NCBI GenBank assembly: GCA_043228905.1
Contig: JBHGNT010000003.1
Location: forward strand, 5,766,001-5,830,000
Direction of reading: 5' to 3'
Length of the DNA: 64,000 nt
Source: Azolla caroliniana
Taxonomy: Eukaryota; Plantae; Polypodiophyta
Shown one piece after another: positions 1 through 12,039 of this stretch. Both the position numbers and the translations under genes were made by a program. The notes beneath the pieces are model-generated. The model was not told the origin of the DNA and made no database searches. It worked only from the letters and a program-made list of their open reading frames with translations. Each line of letters begins with the position of its first letter. Position 1 is the stretch's first letter.

Positions 1-2
1 TG

Positions 3-2063
3 GCTTTTGGTTGGTCTCAACCTGGGAAAATAAGCCATTTCATGCTCAATGCTGACGTTGTGATTGGAGGCTTCAAGAACCATACTAATGCATTTGTTGA
101 TGATTACTATATCACCAGGTATAGTGTATGTACATGGGCAAAGGATGTGAATCCTGTCGGCGTTTGCCCTGACTCAGTTTATGGTGGGAACGAAGAGGAT
201 GAACTCGCAGGTGCATTGAAGTTTTCTCATGGTCAGTGGCAAGATGGTGTGGCGTTAATTCGATATGCAAGGCCACTTAAAAGTTCTGACCAGCTTCATG
301 ATGTCTCAATCAACATGACCAATGAAATGACTGTGATATGGGCATTGGGTTTGTTGAAATCTCCTGATACCCTTCATCCCGTGTTCCTTCCTGAGAATCA
401 TGGTATGTCATACGGACATCTGAAATTAAACCTATCCACTTCAGCAAATAAGTGTATAGGCCCTCTACAAGCCCCTAATTCAGATGAGCCTGACCTCATC
501 CTTGCAGAGACGGGTGTGGAAATTGTTGTCAGTGTAGGGCCAGCAACACATTACCCAAACCCTCCAAATCCAGACAAAGTCATTTATTTAAATAAGATTG
601 AGGCTCCAGTGCTGAAGGTTGAGAGGGGAGTTGAATTTACCTTCTCTATTCAGGCTGGACATGATGTGCCCTTTTATATCACCTCAGATCCTGTAGGAGG
701 AGAACCGACCAATGACACTGCTATCTTTGCAGGTGGGAAAGACGCTCATGGAGTGCTTGCAAATCCGTGGAAGTTGACATGGAAACCTGATCGTTTCACT
801 CCTGATGAGGTATTTTATCAGTCATACTACCAGAAAAAAATGGGCTGGAAGATCCAGGTTGTTGATGGCGGTCTAACTGACATGTATAATAGCAGTACAT
901 TACTGGCTGATCAGGTGGTGATGTTGTACTGGATGCTGACAGAATCCGGGATCTCATTTGCAGTAAGAGGTGTGAAGAAAAGTGGATATGTTGCTTTAGG
1001 ATTTGGAGAAAGGATGGTGAATACATTTGCTTATGTGGGCTGGATCCAAAATGATGCATGTAGCGTGGGTACGTATTGGATAGATGGCAGGGATGCTTCT
1101 AATATCCATCCCACAAAGGAGAATCTTGAGAATGTCCAATGTGCACATGAGAATGGCATGTTGACGTTTCAGTTTAGCCGGCCATTAGATCCAGGTTGCA
1201 CTGGGCGCCACGAATGCCAGAACATTATCGATCCATCTATCCCATTGAAAGTCGTTTGGGCGATGGGAACACAGTGGAAATCTGATCAACTTACTGATAG
1301 GAACATGCACTCATCAAAGAGTAGCAAGTACATGTCGATCTACCTCACAAAAGGGATATCCGAGGCAGAACAAGAACTACGACCTGTTTTGGCTGTCCAT
1401 GGGTTCATCATGTTTGTGGCTTGGGCATTGCTCTTCCCTGGGGGGGTTCTTGCAGCAAGATATATGAAGCATTTGAAGAATGATGGGTGGTTCCAGATCC
1501 ACGTGTATGCCCAATACTCAGGAACTGCAGTTATGTTTCTAGGTGTGCTTTTCGCTGTAGCAGAAATCAAGGAGTTCCACACCGGATCATTGCATGTAAA
1601 GCTTGGTTTGACAACTATATTTGTCGTATGTGGGCAGCTTTTGAATGCTTTTCTTCGACCCGAGAAGCCAGGAGCAGGAGAGCAACCTTCATCACGGAGA
1701 AGAGTCTGGCAACTTATACATAAATACAGTGGAAGGGTTGCACTTTCTTTAGGGTTCATCAGTCTTCTTACTGGTATATCCGAATTGGACCATGCATCGG
1801 AGGGAGAGCAGATGAGGGGTTTGGGCTGGGCTCTTACTGGTTGGTTCCTATGCATTGTTTTGCTTTCGGTATATCTCGAATGTCGAGCATCCAGACACAA
1901 TTCTGGGTCAGCCTTCATAAAAGGGGCATGGGTTCTTGGCAACACTGAGGATGATGAGGACACTGCTGACTTGCTAGCTTCTAATCATGTTCCGTCAACA
2001 TCTTCTCATCAGGAGAATGCTCAACGAAACGGAATGGAAATTCAATTGCAAGCTGTCCACTGA
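3..2063 (+). CDS. Cytochrome b561 and DOMON domain-containing protein (At5g54830-like DM13/DOMON/cyt b561 family), 5'-truncated by window edge
   Basis: Frame is open from position 3. Two DOMON-like segments (AFGW..MLNADVVIGG; GYVALGFGERMVNTFAYVGW). C-terminal cyt b561 with His ligands (HGFIMFVAW, WFQIH, LHVKLG, IHKYSGR). No introns in the visible part. Confidence 0.9.
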   Translation, partial: AFGWSQPGKISHFMLNADVVIGGFKNHTNAFVDDYYITRYSVCTWAKDVNPVGVCPDSVYGGNEEDELAGALKFSHGQWQDGVALIRYARPLKSSDQLHDVSINMTNEMTVIWALGLLKSPDTLHPVFLPENHGMSYGHLKLNLSTSANKCIGPLQAPNSDEPDLILAETGVEIVVSVGPATHYPNPPNPDKVIYLNKIEAPVLKVERGVEFTFSIQAGHDVPFYITSDPVGGEPTNDTAIFAGGKDAHGVLANPWKLTWKPDRFTPDEVFYQSYYQKKMGWKIQVVDGGLTDMYNSSTLLADQVVMLYWMLTESGISFAVRGVKKSGYVALGFGERMVNTFAYVGWIQNDACSVGTYWIDGRDASNIHPTKENLENVQCAHENGMLTFQFSRPLDPGCTGRHECQNIIDPSIPLKVVWAMGTQWKSDQLTDRNMHSSKSSKYMSIYLTKGISEAEQELRPVLAVHGFIMFVAWALLFPGGVLAARYMKHLKNDGWFQIHVYAQYSGTAVMFLGVLFAVAEIKEFHTGSLHVKLGLTTIFVVCGQLLNAFLRPEKPGAGEQPSSRRRVWQLIHKYSGRVALSLGFISLLTGISELDHASEGEQMRGLGWALTGWFLCIVLLSVYLECRASRHNSGSAFIKGAWVLGNTEDDEDTADLLASNHVPSTSSHQENAQRNGMEIQLQAVH

Positions 2064-5000
2064 AGAATCACAACAATGTTTCTACCAGGTTTTGTAAACA
2101 AAAATTCCAAAATTTTTGAGGCATTTAATTCATTCCATTTTGGTCGTTGATAGGACGTCCAAACTAAAAAACGAAGAAGAAAATTGTAAATCGCATCGAA
2201 ACATCTGTGTGGTCTCTCTAAATACAATCAATGTTTATCATTGTGAAAAGATATCAGAATGTTATCAGAGAACAGAATGTTGGGATAGCAACATTAGATC
2301 TTTCTTTCCCCACTGTATTACAGGATGCTCTGGGCACAGAATGTGCCATCTGTAGAGTAGCTTAAGATGTAGCGAGTGTATACCTATTTACACAATGTTT
2401 TTTTTCTATTTGGGTTCTTTTGTGTACTTACATCTTTAATTCTATCATCTTTACTGTTGGGTCTTTTGAGCTAAATTGATCATCAGTTCCTTTAGTCAAA
2501 ATGAACTCTTACATAGCCCTTCCACTATGTTCTGCAAATTTTATGTGACTTAAAAAATGGGAAGAGCCTGGAGGCTCCAAGGCTATACCTCAAGCACACA
2601 ATCTTCATATTTTATAGTTTTGTTTTGGATATTCCTCCATGAACTCTAATGCAGAATGAGCAGTCTGGAATTGGTTACCTAATGCCAGAGCCAAAACCAT
2701 TGCTATACTTATCTGTGTGGGAATATGGGATTGACATGTATTTAAGTAAAGCTGTTATGGAGGCACCACCTTTCCAAGTTTTCTGACAATGATTTGATTT
2801 CTGAACATGAAAGTTTTCATAGTTGTTTTTTTAAAGTATAGTGAACAAAGGTGCATCATGGCATGATAAGTAACCAAGAATATTTGCATGTGGAATGCGA
2901 GCTAGTTATGCTCTGCATTGCATGCAAAAGATGTTCGAATGATGGCCACAAAACTCGCGAGGTCTACTATGAGTTCTGTTGATCTCACTGATTTCTCTAA
3001 CGGATTTCAGTGAAAGAATGTTCTAATACTTATGGAAGTGTCTTCAAATCTTTGTTAATTCTCTTTCTAGAAAAATTCTTCTCTGGTTCTTGAAAACATG
3101 ACAATCAGGAATGTGTTCATGGTATGCTAAGAGAGGAGTTTTCGCTACATGGTTCACAATTGGTGATGATGCTTGAAATAGGGGCATACATGCATATGAA
3201 AATTATTTGCATGGTTCTCATGCATTCGAAGTGCATGTTGAGAATTCTCACTTGTGTAGTTCTCTTCCATGCAAAAGTGCATTCTCAATGAGGCTCACAT
3301 AGATAATTGCTCACACATTTGAGGGTGAATGCTTGTCCAGATTCAACCAAGTATCTAAGAGAGATTGTAAGCATAATATCTATTAATGGGAAAAAGAGTT
3401 GGCATACCACAATTTCGTCAATAGACCACTAGAACAATCGTTCGAACATCAAGGCTGTCTCAAGGATGCAATGGGAATTAAAACACTTATGTAGGTGAGG
3501 TAGTAATATAATGCAAGTGAGCACTCATGGAGAAATACACGTGTTGGTACTTTTCGATAAATAAAGTTGACACACGCTTCTACTTCACATGGTTGAATCA
3601 GCCATATAGTAGTTATATCAATAGAGGATAAAAAATGTCCAATGTGATATATCTTAGTCAAGTTCTGTTATTCTAGAGAGTTTTTTGTGCAATGACAGAA
3701 TGCTAGGATGTTAAATCACAATATTGTGAAGATTGTTACATAAAGATGCAAGTTGCAACATTGATTTGATATGACATTGCTATAAGAATCAAGTTGGTGT
3801 TCCTTGTTAATGTTTTGCAATGCTTAGAGATTGGGTAGTCCTTACTATAGCGGGTCAAATTAGGCCATCTAGTGAGTATGTACACTGGTTGAAGGCCACA
3901 ATGTATATTAGGTAGAGAATAAATTATAGAATAGAAAATAAAAACACCTTAAGTAGGAAGGCTATTGTTTGGTCAATTAACGTGTATGTGACTTTAAAGC
4001 TAAACAATGAGATGGTGATCCAAGAGACAACTATGATATTGGCCAATGTAACATAGAGATATGTGCATGTGATATTGAGTGTAATTGATAGTTTAGGAAT
4101 CTATTTGTCCTAATATAAACAAGCACATCTCTTTCATTCATATGGTGGTTCATTACTATTTCTTTGTTTATTTGTGTATATGAGTGTCTAGACATAAGTA
4201 GTATAGTAAATTGTTGTATAGATATCCAAGCAAACTATGGGAACACACATGATGCAAACTATAGGACACACATAAAGTATGTGGATTATTGCTAATGCAA
4301 TGGTAAAGTGACCAACACATAGGTAGTTGCTTCCCTGCTACATGAAACCTAGTTTACTCTAATTTACAGAAAGTTGAGTGGAACCTTCCACAAAATTATT
4401 TGCATCACTGCATAACCTAAAGTAGTGTTTGATGGCCTAACCACATCTCAACCTTGGTGACATCATAGACCCTAGATTTATTTTCAATCCAAATCATTCA
4501 ATTCTACCCGAGGAGCATAGTTTAACAAGCTTTTGAAAGGAATTCAATGACACCTTTGTTGGAGCTATACATTGACGTAAAAGGAGTTCTACCGGAAGGA
4601 GTGATGCTCTCCATTCCTATGAGACAATTATCCAGTCCTTTACATCAGAAACTTGTTGGAATGAATCGTTGGGGAACAATCCTATAGTTTCATTGATGTG
4701 ATGTAACCAATAAGACCAACATAAGACAACCTTTGCTATGGAGTTTTGTACATTCACTGATCGACACATGCCTTTTGGCCTCACTGACACATTAAACATA
4801 TATCAATGTAGAGGAGATCACATATTCACATCCAACCTCATGAAAGGAGTAGAGCTGTACTACATCAATTACCTATGTTGTAACTCTATCTAGGGTGAAC
4901 ATTTAGCGTGGCTCATAACTATCTTCGAAAAAATCTTGGTAGCACCAATTATTAGTGGATCTATTTTATGCTGTTATTGATGGTCTTTTCGAGATTGTGT

Positions 5001-5396
5001 AGTTGTAGTCAATCTTGTGTGGCGAGAGTGTGTGTCATCATGAGAGAGGGGAAGAGTTTGGGTCAATGAGGTGCATCAAGAGAAGCACCAACAGCAAGAG
5101 CCAATGTGCCTGCTAAATTTTTGGAGTCTAGAAGAAGAGTAAAGACTCAAGAGATAATAAGAACAAAAAGAGAGAGAGAAAGAGTAAGCAATCGGACAGA
5201 ATCATAAATTGTGGAAAAGAATGGTTTAAATTTGAAAATCCCGCTCCCTTTCTCTCTCTGTTTCCCTCTGTCTCTCTCTGAGTACACAGTTGTTCGAGAG
5301 GTAGAGGTAGAAGCAGAAGCAGAAGCAGAGAGACAATCCACAGACGTGGATTGGGAGCGCGGAGACCGAGTGGCCACGGATACTAGAGAGAAATTG

Positions 5397-6580
5397 ATGG
5401 AGATGGAGAAGTGTGGGCGTTTCTCTGACCTCAAGCTCGCTTTCTCTGTCGCGCTTCACTCGTTGCTCACCGCTTGCCCTCGAGAGGTACAGTCGTTGCT
5501 CATACCGCTTAATGTATGTTAGAAATCAATCTAATGGACATGCCATGCACAAATCTAGCCTGCATGTACTGTGCTAGTCTAACGGAGATGTATTGGGCAA
5601 ACCTCATGGATATGGATTGTAAAAATGTAATGGGAATGTATGTGCAAATGTAATGGTAAAATGAAATTGTATATACAAATCTAATGGAAACGGATGTGTA
5701 AATGTAATGGGGAGATGGAAATGTGTGTAGAGATCTACTGGAGATGTATGTGCAAATCTATTTGAAAAATGTGAAATTTTAATGGAAGCTTGTTTACTAA
5801 TCTTTCCTGTATATGGTCTATACAGGAGTTTATGAACCATCTTTCCTTTCTGAAGCCTTCCCAACAAGATGCTTTGTATAAGCTCTACACACAGGTAACA
5901 TAAAAGTTCCTAATTGCTATTGGAAACTAGTCATAGCTTTGGTTTGTAAACTCTGATCTTTCAACGTTTTCATCTTGATCTGATTATCGTTGCTGTTTGA
6001 ATTACAGATGGTATTATGTGTACAGAAGAATATAGAGGTGATAAAAACGTCATGTTTTAAATTTTAACAGGAAATTTTGTTATTGTTGTTGGAAGCTGTC
6101 AAGATGCTGTTGTGAATAATATAATACACACTGTTACTTTCCATTTGTTTCTGGGACAAAGTATATCTTTGTTTTTATTTGTTTTTAGAGGAATTGATCC
6201 AATTGTTTATATATATAATTTTGATTGCAGGAGGAGTTTTATGACATATGTGAAGAGACAAGGGTATGTAAGGGTATATAAATACATACATGCAAATATA
6301 CATATATGTAGTCATTAGCCACGTTTGTGAGTATCAACATGATTGCAGGTAGCAGAAACATTGGATGATGAAGCTTTTCTCCTCCAAGAAATAGATAGCA
6401 CAAAGGTTAGGGAAAGGTGTTGTTCCTGAACATCCATTCATTTCATCATTTCGGTGATTAGATTTGCATTGCCATTTTGTTTATGCTGGGTTAGACTCTG
6501 CTTGAATAGCATCTGATACACACACAGACACATACATACGTATATACATATATACATATATACATATATACATATATACA

Positions 6581-6614
<34 letters not shown>

Positions 6615-7235
6615 CATATATATGTGTGCGTGTGTGAAATTAAAGACTTCATCATGAAACTATTTTGATAGGTAATAAATTGGCATTTTCCTTGCATAGA
6701 AGGATTGTTTTCTTTTATTTATGTATTTGTTTATTTGTTAACATATTAGTCTGGTCTTGTGTTTGTTTTCTTTCTCTTGCAGAGTGACAGTTGTTGGTAG
6801 AAAGACCATCATCAATGAAAAAAAGAACGAATTGCAGAATCTGAAGGAAACCCTTGAAATGGTGTGGATGATTTACTCACGGATAATATATTCCTGTCAT
6901 TTTTAATGTTAGCATTCCAATTTCTTTTGCTTTGTTGTAAATGGTTTTGAAGAAATGATTCTCTCCCTTTTCCTAGCTCAAGGAACAAAACTGTGCTTCC
7001 ACACTAAGGTTGAAAACTCTGAAAGATGAGGTCGAGTCTTCCGATAGCATTGCTTCCACCAATGCTGTCATGGTTAAGGTTTGTGATGATGATGATCAAC
7101 AGCTATACGGCATTTATTACGAGTTATACATGTATATCTCATACTTACCATCCATCATATTCTGGTGTCTTGCAGTTGAAAGACCTAAATGCAAAGTTGG
7201 ACGCGACTATGCCACGGCACAGGACTTTGAATTAG
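5397..7235 (+). CDS. NNF1/PMF1-like MIS12-complex kinetochore protein (EMB3006-like), about 8 exons
   Basis: Manual GT-AG splicing gives MEMEKCGRFSDLKLAFSVALHSLLTACPRE/EFMNHLSFLKPSQQDALYKLYTQ/MVLCVQKNIE/EEFYDICEETR/VAETLDDEAFLLQEIDSTKVRER/VTVVGRKTIINEKKNELQNLKETLEM/LKEQN...VMVK/LKDLNAKLDATMPRHRTLN*. This resembles plant NNF1 (LK.SF..ALHSLLTAC..E; IE.EF...CEE). Confidence 0.75.
6516..6635. repeat. (CA)/(TA)/(TACA)n microsatellite in intron
   Basis: Simple repeat visible directly. Confidence 0.9.
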
Positions 7236-8860
7236 CTTCAACAATCAGACATCAAAGCAATCATTTTGAGATTACATATAATGCTGATTTTCGCAGCCTT
7301 ATATTGTTATTACATCCAAGTGCAAAGTGAGTAGATCGCTCACTACGACCAGTACGCCAGACCATGGATTATTCTTCCTCGGCACTTCTACATATACACT
7401 TTCAGTTCCAGTGTCTCTATTCCATTAGATTGCCTTAACCTAGCTGGCATTGATTAGTTATCTATAATATCATGATCGGAAGAAACAAAAGGTGCATCTT
7501 ATCTTTGCTGTTTTCAATTTACAAAACTATATTAGATGAAATTAGAGGAACACAGTTGCACATAAATGCAGAATAATTGTGCACTAGTAATTCATTTTGT
7601 TGTGGTTATTAATGTTTTGTTTTTATCTGGAGTCCCCCCACCTATAAACCAAGCCTCCCTAATGAGAGTGAAACAATATCATGAAGGGGCTAGGTGGGTG
7701 TGTTTATTCAAGGAAATCAGACATGATAATGCAAGCATAGTTGCAATAATCAGAGTAATACATTGTGCCATTGGTATTTGAAAGAGCATGAAATAAAGCT
7801 ATTTTACACCATGTTGAGGTTTCCCATCAGTCATGCGCGTTGGCAAAAGCTGAAACTTTGTATTAAACATTGTAATGATGTGCTCTTATATCTTGTGTGT
7901 TGCAACTTAAGGTTATGGGATTGATCGTAGAGTAACAAAGACTAGATTATTTATTTATGATAAAAAGATTGTACTGTTTTAATTGAGATGATTTAAGAGA
8001 GTTTATTTTGGAAAAAAACTGGTTTACATATTGTCACAATCACATTTCTAAGGATGAGTGCTAATACGCATAATGCATGGAGGGTCAAAGCAATAATACA
8101 TGGAACATGTAAGTTTATGATGAAGGCTTAGTCATTGTCACATTTTTAAGGAAGAAGACTAGTAAGCATAATGAATGGAATGATAAAGCTATTGCAACAT
8201 GAAAGTTGTCTCAAAGGCTCAAAGCTTTGGTAAATTCAGCATGAATCATTGAAGACTCAAAGCTTTGATTAGTTCAACATGATTCCCACTAGAAGCCAAT
8301 AAACATCTGTAGATTTGACCTCAATAGCGTTGACAAAATGTGGGAGTACTAAGATTTTGCCAAGACTAGGAATGCCACCATATGTAAACCACTAAATCAT
8401 GCAAATGAAACACTCATGTAGGGATTATTGACGAGAAAAGGCAACTTTTTTCTATTCAATCAATGTGTATTGATGGCAAAAATACCGCTTTTATTGAATT
8501 CTATGCTTTCATGAAATATTTATGATTGAATCTCACTATAATGGCATGACAACAAGAAAGACATTGAAAGTGTTGTCCATTTCAAAAGGTGACTAACAAG
8601 GCTTTACATTGTCATCATTAATTCAGCTTTTTAAAAAATGAAGCGTTTTAACTATGAGAACATATATATATATCCTTGTGTGCAACCACTTTGACATCTT
8701 CCAAGTAAGCCAAAATCTCACAACCTATGTAATTTCTTGGTTACAACAAGCAATTACATGTACAACAAAGTCTACAAGCATAGCATTGGTTTACATTATA
8801 TAAATAAGTTGATCATATTATTTTACGGTGGTCAATCTATCATAAAAGTGATGGTTTAAT

Positions 8861-9313
8861 TAATAGTCGGCAACGGTTCAGTTTGAATCGAACCAAACTG
8901 TGAAATTGTGGTTTAATGGCTTAACGGTTTAAATGGTTCTGGTTCTGGTTCTAGTTTTTTTAATGGTTCGGTTCGGTTTCAACAGTTAGAAACCACAGTT
9001 AAAACGGTTTTATGGTTTTTTATTTCTTTATTTATATTTATTTTTATGTTTTTTAAAGCAAGCTTTTCATTTTGAAGCCAAATTCTCACATTTTAGGAAA
9101 ATCTTTAAATTTTTGAAAAAATAAATATTAAAAATTAAAAATTGACCTAAGTTGAAAACCGAACCACAATTGTGGTGTTAACAGTTTAATGGTTTGGATT
9201 TTTTAATGGTTCGGTTTAAACAGGTTCGTGGTTTGCTTTGGTTCAAGTTTCAACAATTTTAAACGGTTTGGTTTTCACACTCTCGAAGTGAACCGAACCA
9301 TTACCGATTGTTA
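8861..9313. mobile_element. hAT-type MITE, family A copy 1
   Basis: Imperfect ~23-bp TIR (TAATAGTCGGCAACGGTTCAGTT...AACCGAACCATTACCGATTGTTA). 8-bp TSD GGTTTAAT/GGTCTAAT. Many AACCG/CGGTT subterminal motifs. Confidence 0.8.
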
Positions 9314-9657
9314 GGTCTAATGACGAAAATTGTGATTTGAAACATTATGGTTGCGAGTTCAACGTCTAGTTAAGGATCATTCACATTAATGACTTGCTCT
9401 TAAAAAAGTATTTGTGCATTTCACTTTCCACCACCAAAGGAAACTATGGACACTAACAAGTTCTTATCTTTTTAGTTCAGTTTGAGACCACTTTCCACAA
9501 CAGAATGAGATGTTATACACTAACTAAACACACAAATATTGGGTTTGACTCTAAAAGTATGGCTTTAAAAATGCGCTTTCCAAGCAATCACACATGCCAA
9601 CAAGAATACACAACATTGAGTTTGCTCATGAAATAATGCATTGACAAATTTCTTTTC

Positions 9658-10009
9658 TACCAATTGACACCAAACCGCGAAATTGTGCCTTAACGGTTTA
9701 AATAGTTCGGTTCGAGCCTTAATCAATTTAATAGTTTTCAGTTAAAACAGTTTGAAACTGCGATCCAAATGGTTTAAAAAATTAAAATTTTGAAGTTGAC
9801 CTAAGTTGAAAACCAAAACCGAACCGTGAAACCACGAATTTAACGGTTTAATGGTTTAAAGGTTTGAAAGTCTCTAAAACTGTGGTTTTAGCTTGAATTT
9901 TTTGTAATGTTTCAGTTTAAACAGTTTCGTGGTTCAGGTTAAGTTTCAATTTTTTTAAACGGTTTGAGTTTGACACTCTCAAACCAAACCAAGCCGATGC
10001 CGATTGTTA
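9658..10009. mobile_element. hAT-type MITE, family A copy 2
   Basis: Shares internal sequence (TTGACCTAAGTTGAAAACC) and right end (CCGATTGTTA) with copy 1. TSD TTCTTTTC/TTCCTTTC. Confidence 0.7.
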
Positions 10010-11597
10010 TTCCTTTCCATAACCCAAAGAGATCATGATGACTAACAAGAATCGGCAACACTTGGTTTGGTTGTTTCCAACCCTCCCAATTGTGTGATCT
10101 AAGCCATTTGTGAAAGGGGATAAACATGTCGTGCCATATGTACATGAACAAAGAGGGGTCCAAAATAAAATAAAGGTATGTGCCATTACATTTGCATGTA
10201 CGTATAGAGGTAACAACATCTTAGAATGTCAATTTGACATATGTCCTTTATTATAATAACCATACTCTGAATGCAGTGCACCAACATCTCCACACATCAT
10301 GTAACTATCAACATGTCATGAATAATTAATGTAATTCCAACATGTTTTCAAGTTTACAACTCCATAAAATTTATAATTTATAAAAAATGGTTCACAATTT
10401 ATAAAAAAAGAAATTGCGCTTATCCATGTGGCATAAAGCCGATAAACTATTAAAGCCACGACCCTAAAATTGTGCACAATGGATCTAGCACCAGTACGAA
10501 CACCTATTTGTGCTTGTGTTGCATTACTTGATCTTGTTTGTTCACTATATCATCTAGTATATTCGAATATTTAGTCATCTCATCAATTTAAATTTGAGTG
10601 GAGGACCAACTAACTTACTAAGTTAGTCTTAATACGAATACATACATCCAAATCACACACAAAAGGACAAATGCCGAGAGTGAAGTTTGCGCTTCTCTTA
10701 AGTTTGAGAAATCTTTGTCACAATAACAATGAAATTACTAAACACATGGGCAAACAAGATGGATTGTCACTGGTCATAACCATGTAAAAGTATATCTAGC
10801 AACCATCTTCAATTTGCCAACAAAGTCCACCCAAATTTCTATTATTTTAATATGTTTTTGCATGGATGCAAAAGTGCACAATCATTACCCTCTACAAGAA
10901 TGGGCTTGGTTCATGACCCTAACAAAGTCGACAAAGACCCGAAGCATGTTAATGGATGATGACCCGACAAGAGATTACCACCACAGTGTATGAAAACTTT
11001 GATTATTTTAAAACTTCCCGAATAAACGGCCAATACTTACTTGACATTACATGAAGTGCTTTTCCAATGAGCCCAACAAATATTGTGGGGTCATGATGTG
11101 CCCCTCCTCCAACCCCCAATTGAGGCAAGTAAATGAGGAATTCATGCCCCTCTTACAAACCGCGTTGGCCTTGTGTGTGCAAATGCGTCTCAAAGTAAAC
11201 ACAAACTGGGGCTTGTTTTTATTGAAGCGAGAAAGCCAATACATCCGGGCGCTTCATCAATCGATCAAGTCACATTCAAGAGAGTGTGCGTGCGCCGTGA
11301 ACTCAGGCATAACATTTCCTCAAGGAGGTACACACATGTATCAGTGTGTATTGGAAGTTCTTGGGTATATGGAGCTTTATGTGTGTACTAACAACAATGA
11401 ATGGAAGTAGTATAAGTGTTGGGATTGACCTCTTTTTTTTTGTATGTATATGTTGGTTGGATGGGTGGGGTCTTCTTCTAGCATCTATCTATCATCCATA
11501 TGACTGACTAGTCTTATTTCGGTGTCCAACTTACTTATTATAATAGTGGTATCTATCAGTGTTAGTATAGCTGGCGCCTTACCTATCTATCCATTCA

Positions 11598-11601
11598 CAT
11601 G

Positions 11602-11631
<30 letters not shown>
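11598..11631. repeat. (TATG)n microsatellite
   Basis: Direct observation. Confidence 0.9.
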
Positions 11632-11634
<3 letters not shown>

Positions 11635-12039
11635 TGAGTTGATTAGCATTGGCTCTTGGCATCCTTATGGTTGGAATAAAGCCACATGTTGTTGATGATG
11701 TGAGGCATGCATGTATGCATTCATTCTCCCATGGGATGTGAGAATTGTTGCAAGCTTTTGATTATGATGATGACGACGTTACAAACTCAGGATGATGATA
11801 GATGTTCATTACCGAACAAACATACAATAGTCCAATCATGAAAGCTTGACTTGCCAATGATTTTCTTCACAATATTCGCAAGATTGAGAAACAGGGAGGA
11901 AGTTAAGATCGATTGACTAGATAGAACAAGGGGAATCAAGATGGATGAGAGGTATAATTAAAGAGAGCATTAAAGGATGGAATGGATTCATCCCATTCAT
12001 TCATATTAGCACATGTGGTATGATGCATGATTGAATCAT